Source: a virus (taxonomy: Duplodnaviria; Heunggongvirae; Uroviricota; Caudoviricetes). From it: a stretch of DNA of 37,301 nucleotides. The stretch lies in the IMG/VR virus record IMGVR_UViG_3300028610_001217; one strand, given 5' to 3'. This document shows, piece after piece, positions 15,565 through 23,307 of this stretch (the first letter of the stretch is position 1; the number at the start of each line of letters is the position of its first letter). A program made the position numbers and the translations under genes. The notes beneath the pieces are model-generated. The model made no database searches. It was not told the origin of the DNA and saw only the letters and a list, made by a program, of their open reading frames with translations.

Positions 15565-15747
15565 ATGAAATGCTCTAAATGCGGTGGTGAATATGAAGTT
15601 CAGCCCGACGGTTCGCTTAAGTGTAAGGATTGCGATAATTGGGTGATAGACTTTAGAACAAGCCACTTAGATACAACTCCGCAGTTACCGTTTGACGAAC
15701 GACGGTGCCGGATTTGCGGGGTGCCGAGGAAACGCTGTTGTTGTTAA
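15565..15747 (+). CDS. small Cys-rich zinc-ribbon protein
   Basis: CSKC, CKDC, CRIC, CCC; CGGAGGT RBS. Confidence 0.75.
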   Translation: MKCSKCGGEYEVQPDGSLKCKDCDNWVIDFRTSHLDTTPQLPFDERRCRICGVPRKRCCC

Positions 15748-15756
15748 GGGGGTATC

Positions 15757-15978
15757 ATGAAAAAATATTTCGTAGTTGAGAGATACAACGGTAAAAGTAT
15801 GCGGATTCCGAAATTCGAAAACGCTGTGAATTTAGCGAGAATTCATGCTGAAGTAATAGCCGAAACTAAAGGCTTGCTGAGCCACGAGTACCACGTGGAT
15901 GTTGTCGATCAAGACGAATCCATAATTGTTAGGATTGATGCCCTGCGTTTAAGGGTATGGAATCAAAGGGAACTGTAG
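15757..15978 (+). CDS. hypothetical protein
   Basis: AGGGGGT RBS; last 10 nt overlap the tRNA 5' end. Confidence 0.7.
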   Translation: MKKYFVVERYNGKSMRIPKFENAVNLARIHAEVIAETKGLLSHEYHVDVVDQDESIIVRIDALRLRVWNQREL

Positions 15979-16043
15979 CTTAAATGGCATAAAGCGCCGG
16001 GCTCATAATCCGCGACTTGGGGGTTCGAATCCCTCCAGTTCCA
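15969..16043 (+). tRNA. tRNA with CAT anticodon (Met or Ile2)
   Basis: GGAACTG/CAGTTCC acceptor stem, GCTT/AAGC D stem, CTCATAA loop, GGGGG-TTCGAAT-CCCTC T arm. CCA not encoded (CTA). Confidence 0.88.
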
Positions 16044-16047
16044 CTAT

Positions 16048-16197
16048 TCGACGAGGTAATCCTGTGGCTGAGATGTGAACTTGGGTAGTCACGGGGGTGG
16101 ACGCTGGATAAGGCATGTCATGGAAGGTCGTGAGTAGCCTAGAAGGTGAAACAGAGAATGGGGGGCGGGTGTCCCAAGCCGATGCTCCGGTAGTCGA
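16048..16197 (+). ncRNA. putative structured RNA between the two tRNAs
   Basis: Nested pairings TCGAC/GTCGA, CTTGGG/CCCAAG, TCACGG/TCGTGA, GAC-GC/GC-GTC; no ORF. Confidence 0.45.
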
Positions 16198-16210
16198 TGA
16201 AGGCGTATCG

Positions 16211-16283
16211 CGTGATGTAGCTCAGCGGGAGAGCGCTTCCTGAGAAAGGGAGAGGACGGGGTGTTCGAATCCCCCCATCACAG
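16211..16283 (+). tRNA. atypical tRNA or tRNA-like element (nominal AGA or shifted GAG anticodon)
   Basis: GTGATG/CATCAC acceptor with C1:A72, GCTC/GAGC D stem, CTTCC-TGAGAAA-GGGAG anticodon arm with G33, TTCGAAT loop with a T.C mismatch in the stem. Confidence 0.7.
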
Positions 16284-16313
16284 CTAAATAGAAACAAAAG
16301 GAGGCACGGTCAC

Positions 16314-16619
16314 ATGCCAGAAAAAACGTGGGAGAAAGAGGAAATTCGCACAATGCTCGAAACACGAGATGTAGCGGTCAGGAAGGGATTGGTTTCGATC
16401 CTCAAATTTCAAACCAGGCAAGAAACTGATACCGAGGAAACTATCGAGGATAACGGTGTCGGGTTTAACGGTGCTGATGCTCCTTTCCTAACGTCACTAG
16501 CCAAACAAGTTGCGGCTGGTCGGCCTTTATCAACTAAACAAATGACATTTGGCCGCAGAAGCATGCTGAAGTATGCAGGGCAACTTGCTCGGATCGCAAA
16601 TGGCAAACAAGCCAGTTGA
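16314..16619 (+). CDS. conserved phage early hypothetical protein
   Basis: AAAGGAGG RBS; QT..E.....T...NGVGFN..DA..L.S.A...LS.KQ...KY..QL pattern seen in phage proteins. Confidence 0.8.
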   Translation: MPEKTWEKEEIRTMLETRDVAVRKGLVSILKFQTRQETDTEETIEDNGVGFNGADAPFLTSLAKQVAAGRPLSTKQMTFGRRSMLKYAGQLARIANGKQAS

Positions 16620-16682
16620 GAAGAATAAAACGGAAGGTCAACAGTTCAAATAGCGCATGAGCGCTAAGAAAGGAGAACGCCT

Positions 16683-17468
16683 ATGTTTTCATATGTTGAA
16701 TTGGAGGATCACCCTACATGCTTTGTTCCTGGGTGTTCAAATCCTCGGAAGTTAGTCAAAGGGGGGAGATATAAAGGAGGCTATGCCCAAACTTGTGAGC
16801 TGTGCGCTGGGGATACCAACTTGCGAACGGCAGCAAGCAGAGCTAGGCGTGAGTGGTTAGAGGATAATGGCCAGCCTTCACCGCCTGAACCTACTAAGTA
16901 CAACAGGGGCAAGATCAGAGTTGAGCAAGCCAGGGAAATCTATAATTCAGCGGAATATTTGCTGAAGAATGGGTTGGGCATCCACGACGATTTGGTTGGT
17001 GAAGCTCACGGTGTTTCGGGAAATACTGTTATGCGGTTGCGGCTCACCCCATCAAGGTGGAAGATCCCGCTACCGCCCCTGAAAGCAGGGAGGGGTAGAC
17101 CTAGGAGGGTGCCTGGTCAAATCGCTAAGGTTAAACAATACCTTCAGGGTCAAGTAAATACTGAACCAACAGCGCCAACAGCGCCAGTTTTGCCGCCAAC
17201 TGAATCAACCAACGGCGAAGACGATATCGACGCCGCGCTGGCAGTTATTGGCCGGGCAATCAGCTCAAGAGATACCCGGATTGAAAGCCTTGAGTTTGAG
17301 AACAACGTACTTCGGCAAGGTCAGACCAAGCAGGTCTACAACCGTATAGCCGAGATGATGCTGAGGAGATTTGGCAATCAGCTACTAGGTAAGGAAGGTG
17401 ACGAGCTTGAGCAAACGCTTGAGCAACTCATGAAACAAACCCCGGCACAAGGTCGGACTAAACAATAG
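16683..17468 (+). CDS. hypothetical, probably DNA-binding (Cys motif, AT-hook-like GRGRPRR, coiled coil)
   Basis: CFVPGC...CELC, GRGRPRR, Pro/Thr linker; AAAGGAG RBS. Confidence 0.7.
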   Translation: MFSYVELEDHPTCFVPGCSNPRKLVKGGRYKGGYAQTCELCAGDTNLRTAASRARREWLEDNGQPSPPEPTKYNRGKIRVEQAREIYNSAEYLLKNGLGIHDDLVGEAHGVSGNTVMRLRLTPSRWKIPLPPLKAGRGRPRRVPGQIAKVKQYLQGQVNTEPTAPTAPVLPPTESTNGEDDIDAALAVIGRAISSRDTRIESLEFENNVLRQGQTKQVYNRIAEMMLRRFGNQLLGKEGDELEQTLEQLMKQTPAQGRTKQ

Positions 17469-17508
17469 AAGCGGTAGAACGCCGCTTCTCACGGAGAAAG
17501 GCAAGTAT

Positions 17509-18501
17509 ATGCACAATTTATTTGGAGAAAGGTTCTTGAGTAAGAGAGTGCCGCCATGGCACCGCCTCGGGCAAATAACCGAGAGCGATATGGGCGCAGC
17601 TGCGGCTTTTGAAAAGGTCGGTTCTTACACGGTGGGCCTCAGGAATTTGAGGCTAACGGACGGAACGGCCATCGACCAAAAGGCCATCGTGCGCGGTAAG
17701 ACCAAAGATGATCCGCACCGCCGAGTCTTCAACGTGGTCAGCAGCAAGTATCACCTGCTCGCCCCGCAAGACTTTTGCGACATCTGGGACAACAAGGTCG
17801 GTCGCCCGGTTGAAACCTTAGGCGTTCTCGGCCAAGGTGAAAACATCTTTATTACTACTAAGATGCCGGGCATGGACATTCACGGGGACGAGATCGAAAA
17901 CTACCTTGTTGCGGTCTCACCCATGAACGGTACTCAATCGGCCAAGGTTATGGTCGCCCCCATCAGGGTTGTATGCCAAAACACCTTGAGTGCAGCTGAA
18001 GGGTCTTGCACCGAGGTCTACCGGATCATCCATGACCGGCACATCAAGGCGAACATTGCCGCCTGGATGACCGACGTTTATGGTCGGTCGGAGCAAAAGC
18101 TTGAAACACTCAAAGAGGCTTTTGATGCCTTGGCCAACTTCAATGTGACCAAGAGGCAGGTTACGCAAGTTCTTCAGGCCTGCTACCCGATGCCGGATGC
18201 ACCGCAGCGCAGCGTTTCTACGGAAATGACGGAGAAGCGGCAAAGGTATCACACCTTCGAAATGGAGCGCGTGAACAAGCGACGTAATGCCGTGCACGAG
18301 CTTCTTGAAGGTGACGGTACTGCCCTTGACAACAAAGCGTGTAAGGGTACTGGCTGGGGCTTGTACAACGGTATTGTCGAAGTTGAAGACTACCGGAACA
18401 GTCGCGGCGAAGATGGTGCCGCCGATCGAAGCGTTCTGTTCGGCACCCGCGCCAAGGTCAAGGCGACCGCTTACAACTCACTGCTTAAGCTGGCCAGTTA
18501 A
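17509..18501 (+). CDS. DUF932/DUF945 family protein (TIGR03299-like)
   Basis: PWHRLG, V..KY...., ET.G.L..G...F, YL......G, PIRVVCQNTL, H, T.WGLYN..VE..D motifs. Confidence 0.9.
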   Translation: MHNLFGERFLSKRVPPWHRLGQITESDMGAAAAFEKVGSYTVGLRNLRLTDGTAIDQKAIVRGKTKDDPHRRVFNVVSSKYHLLAPQDFCDIWDNKVGRPVETLGVLGQGENIFITTKMPGMDIHGDEIENYLVAVSPMNGTQSAKVMVAPIRVVCQNTLSAAEGSCTEVYRIIHDRHIKANIAAWMTDVYGRSEQKLETLKEAFDALANFNVTKRQVTQVLQACYPMPDAPQRSVSTEMTEKRQRYHTFEMERVNKRRNAVHELLEGDGTALDNKACKGTGWGLYNGIVEVEDYRNSRGEDGAADRSVLFGTRAKVKATAYNSLLKLAS

Positions 18502-18516
18502 GCCAAGTTGACCAGG

Positions 18517-18551
18517 AAAGGTGGGTCTCTGTGCTTCAGGGACCTACCCTT
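18517..18551 (+). terminator. terminator-like hairpin after DUF932
   Basis: GGTGGGTCTCT/AGGGACCTACC, 11 bp with two G.U; short T tail. Confidence 0.45.
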
Positions 18552-18597
18552 AATGGCCAAGTTAATTATCTATAAAGGGTGTAAGGGTGTGATAAAA

Positions 18598-18852
18598 ATG
18601 GCGAGAGGAAGACCGATACCGGGACTGGAACAAGCGATTGAAGCATTTCTATATGAGCAACCCGGAACAACAGCAAGAATAATCCATAGAGGCTGCGAAG
18701 GTTCTTTGGGAACCAGGCTGCTACTATCTACCGTTAATTCAGCTTTAAGAAGATTGACAAGAGAAGGAGTTTTAAGGAAGAGGTCGCCAGAAGGCAGGAA
18801 AGTTCCGTTCATATATTTCCCGGAGGAGAAGGAGCAAGAGAATGAAGAGTAA
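18598..18852 (+). CDS. small winged-helix-like DNA-binding protein
   Basis: TARII...LSTVNSALRRLTREGVL.K...GR...FIY pattern; start at MARGRP inferred. Confidence 0.6.
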   Translation: MARGRPIPGLEQAIEAFLYEQPGTTARIIHRGCEGSLGTRLLLSTVNSALRRLTREGVLRKRSPEGRKVPFIYFPEEKEQENEE

Positions 18853-19168
18853 AACATACGTCGGTAAACGATATGAAGAAAGCAATGTTGTCGTGGTTAT
18901 TGCGGAAGGGCAAAGCCCGGTACGCTTAACACACCACGTTCAGCATAGCCTCGACGGATTCAATTGGGGATACGAGGGTAGTGGCCCAGCGGAGTTAGCC
19001 CGGTGTATCCTATGGGATCTTATAGGAGAAGAACCTAAAGATGCCGTATACCAAAGCTTCAAGCGGGAAGTCATTGCCGCGCAAACCAAAGACGCTTTTC
19101 ACCTTACGTCCGAAGATATAGACCATTGGCTCAAAGATTGGATGGAGAGGAGCGCCGAAGATGCCTAG
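18842..19168 (+). CDS. DUF6166-like protein
   Basis: HS.DGFNWGY.GSGPAELA..IL motif. Confidence 0.75.
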   Translation: MKSKTYVGKRYEESNVVVVIAEGQSPVRLTHHVQHSLDGFNWGYEGSGPAELARCILWDLIGEEPKDAVYQSFKREVIAAQTKDAFHLTSEDIDHWLKDWMERSAEDA

Positions 19169-19682
19169 ATGGTATAAGGTAGCGCTTTCTGTATTTGCGG
19201 TTTTCTTTTTTATTGGGATCTACCAAAGCATAAGGGTTGAACCGAAACTAACTAAAAATGAAAAGCAGATCATAAATTGGCTTGATGAAGCAAAGGCCGA
19301 AAGAGACACCGTTAAAGCTTATGGTGTTAAGGTTGAGCAATATGTAAACCTTTCCGATGATGCTTATTTCTCCATTCAAGCTGCAGTTGATGACGGCGAC
19401 GATGCAATTCTAGCCGCCGAAACTTCAGTAGAAACGCACGAAAACTTACTTCAAGCGCTTTACAAACTCGATGCTCCCGAGAGCTTTAATGAATCACGTG
19501 GAGATATATCTACCGGCTTGCGCCTACGGAAAGAAGCTTCCGTTCATTTTGTGAACACTACAACTAAGCCGTCACTAAAGGAACAATCACTACTTACTGA
19601 AAAGTCAGAGCGTGCTATATTGTGGCTTCTTTCCGGGCTAGCCGGAACAAAGGACGAATTGAGAAAGTTTTCTGTTCAATAA
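19161..19682 (+). CDS. N-terminally membrane-anchored helical protein
   Basis: VALSVFAVFFFIGIY TM segment; last gene before the terminator. Confidence 0.7.
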   Translation: MPRWYKVALSVFAVFFFIGIYQSIRVEPKLTKNEKQIINWLDEAKAERDTVKAYGVKVEQYVNLSDDAYFSIQAAVDDGDDAILAAETSVETHENLLQALYKLDAPESFNESRGDISTGLRLRKEASVHFVNTTTKPSLKEQSLLTEKSERAILWLLSGLAGTKDELRKFSVQ

Positions 19683-19684
19683 AA

Positions 19685-19728
19685 AGAAAAGACCCCCACC
19701 CGGTTTCCTCGGGATGGGGGTCTTTTCT
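19685..19728. terminator. bidirectional intrinsic terminator between convergent operons
   Basis: AGAAAAGACCCCCA...TGGGGGTCTTTTCT, 14-bp inverted repeat with A and T tails. Confidence 0.9.
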
Positions 19729-19732
19729 GCGT

Positions 19733-19984
19733 TTAGTTTCCTTTGAGTTTGTCTCTCACACTGTTAGCGTAATTTGCGCCACCAGAAAGGATAAGCCCTG
19801 AAATAGCGATGTTAACGATTTCATTGTTAATGATGTCAACCGGCACTAGCTGTAGGCTGGTCGCAAAAGCAACACCAAAACCAACAACGAGTGATAGCCA
19901 ACCACTGACACCAGTTAGGCCAAGCTCTTTAGCCTTTTCAGTAATGGTCTCAACTAAAACAGAGGCCAAAATGACTTCTACCAT
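19733..19984 (-). CDS. holin-like membrane protein
   Basis: Two to three hydrophobic segments and a basic C-terminus; follows the endolysin; GGAGGT RBS before ATG 19984. Confidence 0.7.
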   Translation of the reverse strand: MVEVILASVLVETITEKAKELGLTGVSGWLSLVVGFGVAFATSLQLVPVDIINNEIVNIAISGLILSGGANYANSVRDKLKGN

Positions 19985-20016
19985 ATTATCACCTCCCAAC
20001 TAAAAGGGGGAAATTG

Positions 20017-20766
20017 CTAAGCGAGTCTCGTTGAAAACCAAGCTCTTGAAGACAAGGTTATCTGACCAACGAAATCGCCTAAAGGCATCCCGTGGACTTC
20101 CCTGGCTTTGAGCGATTTTAGCTCAGCCGCTCCAGTTTGTCCCGCCTCGTTTGTCTTCGTCACCCATACTTTAATGCTCGACTTATGTGGATTCGCAATA
20201 TACAAAGCCGTATCTTCATCTAAGATGACATGGCCGTGCCGTTTTCCTATTTGTTCCATTTCCCTTCCCTCCTGAGCCGGTTGACTGCGCTGCACCGGCA
20301 ACCATTCATCCCACATCATATCTTGATCATCAAAGCGATTGCCGGTATTTCCGATATAATCTTGCTGGCCGCCCCAACCTTCATAAAAAGTAATATGCAG
20401 GTGCGGAGAATTATTGGCCGTTCCCGACCAAGCTAATAATTGCCCTTGCTTTACCGGGATTGAACTTTTCCCCTTGAGGCTGAAGTGGATTTCTTTTAGG
20501 TGAGTGTTGTAAACCTCATAATACAATTTACCATTCCGAGCAATAGGTTCGTCAAGAATGTAGCGAACACTAAATGGGTCGTTAGGCGGAAGCAACCATT
20601 TTGCTTTTACGTGACCATATTCCGCGTACCTAAGAACTCCGTCACCGACGGCAACAATTGGTGTGCCCCTCGGAACATTGATATCGCACCCGGCATCAAC
20701 CCAGTAATCGCCCCTTGAAGCCTTATTGATATGGTTGATATCTACTGGAAAGATATATTTAGGCAT
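20017..20766 (-). CDS. M23-family metallopeptidase, probable endolysin
   Basis: GCDI...GTPIVAV.DG, Y.THL, V.QGQ...SG, PHLHI. Likely ATG at 20766 after AAAGGAG (track ORF extends to 20907). Confidence 0.85.
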   Translation of the reverse strand: MPKYIFPVDINHINKASRGDYWVDAGCDINVPRGTPIVAVGDGVLRYAEYGHVKAKWLLPPNDPFSVRYILDEPIARNGKLYYEVYNTHLKEIHFSLKGKSSIPVKQGQLLAWSGTANNSPHLHITFYEGWGGQQDYIGNTGNRFDDQDMMWDEWLPVQRSQPAQEGREMEQIGKRHGHVILDEDTALYIANPHKSSIKVWVTKTNEAGQTGAAELKSLKAREVHGMPLGDFVGQITLSSRAWFSTRLA

Positions 20767-20895
20767 ATTAGCTCCTTTCTGTTGGGGTTTAGGGGGTACT
20801 AGCATAAGGGTCACGCCCTGTTCGTGGCTTAGAGTGGCTCTCCGGGACTTGACTTCTTTGTAGTCATATCCCCGCAGGTCAGCTATACTAAAAAT

Positions 20896-21156
20896 ATGGA
20901 CATTCATTCAGACCTACCCCCTGGCATCATTGAAAACCTTTTTGGAGGTAATTTAAACACTTTACACTACGCAAGACGTCGCGACAGAGGAAAACGGCTT
21001 AAAGTCCTGGAGCGAGATAACCATACTTGTGTTAAATGCGGTTCCACGAAAAGTTTACACGTCCATCATAAATTACGAAATGGGCTTGGCGTCGTTGATG
21101 AAGTTGAACATATGGAAACTCTTTGCTATTTTTGTCATAATGACATCCATTCTTAG
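20896..21156 (+). CDS. HNH endonuclease, antisense to the late operon
   Basis: VLERD...CVKCG....L.VHH......ETLC..CH; TATACT -10 box 6 nt before the ATG. Confidence 0.85.
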   Translation: MDIHSDLPPGIIENLFGGNLNTLHYARRRDRGKRLKVLERDNHTCVKCGSTKSLHVHHKLRNGLGVVDEVEHMETLCYFCHNDIHS

Positions 21157-21506
21157 AATTCTGAGTCAACTACAAATAATTGCCTATCTGGAGCTGTTTC
21201 AGTTTTTCCGGCTGCGCTCTCAAAAGATATTTCACCTATGGAGGTTCCTGATGAAGAAAAGTTACTTGTTGAAAAATCAAACCTTATTACCGCTCCCGTT
21301 GGGTTGGTGATTTGACCGTTAGCCGTGGAACCTGACGTTATGGAGATAGTAAAAGAATTAGCCGTAGTTCCAACTTCTCTTACTTTTAGGTTGGCCGTAA
21401 AACCGGAAAGATTAGGCGTCGTGCTTCCACTGCCAGTTCTTGATATTGTGTACTCAATACTAGGCAGCGAATCATTTACCGTTATTCGAACTTCATCAAG
21501 GCTCAT
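21153..21506 (-). CDS. BppU N-terminal-like baseplate/virion protein
   Basis: ND.LP.I.YTI, NLSG.TA.L.VR, GEISF pattern. Confidence 0.6.
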   Translation of the reverse strand: MSLDEVRITVNDSLPSIEYTISRTGSGSTTPNLSGFTANLKVREVGTTANSFTISITSGSTANGQITNPTGAVIRFDFSTSNFSSSGTSIGEISFESAAGKTETAPDRQLFVVDSEF

Positions 21507-21712
21507 ATCAACACCAAATTTCTTTCTTTATCTATTAATGTAATCCCTCTAGTTTTGTCAATTAGCTGCAACGTTCTTTCAATAAACAAGTCACCAAAAA
21601 CTGGCGCAGCAGCAGTAGATGGTTGTATGTCAAATCCAACATTGATAAATCTGGTTATTTCGGTTGACGATAATGTCCCGTTAAACGAAAACCCGAATTC
21701 ATCTATTTTCAT
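21503..21712 (-). CDS. small hypothetical virion-module protein
   Basis: 4-nt overlaps with both neighbours. Confidence 0.6.
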   Translation of the reverse strand: MKIDEFGFSFNGTLSSTEITRFINVGFDIQPSTAAAPVFGDLFIERTLQLIDKTRGITLIDKERNLVLI

Positions 21713-23307
21713 ACTGTTGTCGCCTGTTGTTTGGTTTGCAGGGCAGTTGTTTCCGTAACCGTCATAACTGCCTTAACATTAACCGTGCTACCAAGTTTCA
21801 TAACCACTTGACTTGAGGCATCTTGTTGTACGTGATGGTAGAAACGTTCGTAAGTCAACGATACTTTGTTAGCTATTGAACCGGCTAGCCCGGTAGATTC
21901 GCTTGTGGCATCTGTGAACAATGCATCATTAATTTCGTCAGTAATGTAATTTTGAGCAGTTGTTCCAAATTGAACCCCGACCGTTGTTCCAAGCCTAGAT
22001 GTAATTGTCCCATCAAGCTGAGTTACTATCAAGCCGCCCATTTGAGAAGTACCTGAGTGAGCAAGTAGGGGCTCGTCCCAAACTTTATCAACGATGTCAT
22101 TTTGGGCTGTAGTTGCTAGAGCATAACCTGTTTTGTCGTTGTTGGCTGTAAGCGCTGAGGCAGTACCAATAACACTATTAACTTTAGTGTAACCAGTTCC
22201 ATCGTAATCATCCTCAAGGTTATCGAAGGTAACAGTGGAGCCACCTATTTTCTTAAGGTCGGCCAAAGCTACTGCCGTAGATCCTAGGACTGACTTGGTT
22301 GAAGACATTCTAGATGTAATTTGATCATCCATTCGATTCAAAATGAATCCTCCGAATTGACTAGAAGACGCATGGCCAACAGTGGGCTCATCCCAAATAC
22401 TATCAATAGCAGTTGTAGCTAATTGAGCGCCAACGGTTGTCCCCAATCTGGAGCTGATCAATTCATCTAAATTATCTAAATTATCTATGCGCCCAGTAGT
22501 AAGGGCAGTTAATGCGTCTGCCGCACTTGTTCCGCCAACAACTTGAATTACATTTGCCCTAGCAGTTTCTGTTGAACCCAATACTGACTTGGTGCTAGAC
22601 ATCCTTGAAGTAATTGAATCGTCAAGCAGTAAGGTAAACATTCCGCCAAATTGACTTGAAGACGCATGGCCGAGTACTGCTTCATTCCATATCTGACTAA
22701 TAGCGCATGAACTTAGCTGTACTTCTTCTGTAGTTGCTAAACGAGAAGTGATTATATCGTCTAGCGTTATTCCTATCAATCCACCAAATTGACTTGTAGT
22801 GGCATGTAGGGCAACTGTTTCGTCCCAAACTTTATCCGTAATATCATCAGCATATGTGCTTGAAACAGTCACATCTGCGGTTACTGAGGCAACTGCACCC
22901 ACCACTTTACCTCTAACATCTGAACTAACAAATACAACGGCTGCAATAGTTGAATTTTCAATTGCTTGATCTAGGTCAAATTCATGAGCAGCGCTAGAGG
23001 CACCGTAAGTATCAATAATAAGCATTTGATCTTGAACTAATGCTCCAGTTTCGTCTTTAATTTGAATAGCTATCTTTTTAGCCCCCATTTCGGAAGCACT
23101 TGTAACTATTTCAAAAACTGCGGCTGAGCCCATCGCTACGCCCGTGGGAGTGTTGGAAAGGTTTCGATAAGTTGAACCGTCTTTAACTATAGTTACATCT
23201 GAAGATGCAAACGTAATTATTGAAGTTGAGGCAAAGTTTTGTGTGCTCGCTAAAAGCAAAGGAACATAAAACTTGCCTGATGTACCATATTTATGTAATT
23301 CTGCCAT
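21709..23307 (-). CDS. fibre-like structural protein with four internal repeats
   Basis: Repeat (V/I)W(D/N)E....H...SQ(F/M)GG......D..ITSR x4. Confidence 0.7.
   Translation of the reverse strand: MAELHKYGTSGKFYVPLLLASTQNFASTSIITFASSDVTIVKDGSTYRNLSNTPTGVAMGSAAVFEIVTSASEMGAKKIAIQIKDETGALVQDQMLIIDTYGASSAAHEFDLDQAIENSTIAAVVFVSSDVRGKVVGAVASVTADVTVSSTYADDITDKVWDETVALHATTSQFGGLIGITLDDIITSRLATTEEVQLSSCAISQIWNEAVLGHASSSQFGGMFTLLLDDSITSRMSSTKSVLGSTETARANVIQVVGGTSAADALTALTTGRIDNLDNLDELISSRLGTTVGAQLATTAIDSIWDEPTVGHASSSQFGGFILNRMDDQITSRMSSTKSVLGSTAVALADLKKIGGSTVTFDNLEDDYDGTGYTKVNSVIGTASALTANNDKTGYALATTAQNDIVDKVWDEPLLAHSGTSQMGGLIVTQLDGTITSRLGTTVGVQFGTTAQNYITDEINDALFTDATSESTGLAGSIANKVSLTYERFYHHVQQDASSQVVMKLGSTVNVKAVMTVTETTALQTKQQATTV

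Noticed and set aside
16168-16182. GTCCCAAGCC resembles the twister ribozyme P4 loop
   Set aside because: Loop has two extra bases, the flanking stem does not extend, no UAAC cleavage strand or GAGGG partner is placed correctly, and CCCAAG pairs better with CTTGGG at 16080.
16118-16206. T-box stem I-like order of motifs (AGTA, CAGAGA, GGTG, GAA-GGC)
   Set aside because: The required long stem pairing is absent and no T-box antiterminator (TGGNACC) follows.
15969-16283. tRNAs as prophage attachment sites
   Set aside because: No integrase, no duplicated tRNA 3' end and no host genes in the window.
20767-20907. 47-aa N-terminal extension of the M23 ORF in the track (similarly SNF2 to 14862, SSB to 11222, ORF 18508)
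   Set aside because: Better RBS or promoter geometry at internal ATGs; the extensions overlap promoters, terminators or neighbouring genes.
22260-22700. Near-duplicate nucleotide segments in the fibre gene as a possible DGR template/variable repeat
   Set aside because: Both copies are in-frame protein repeats, differences are not adenine-specific, and no reverse transcriptase is present.
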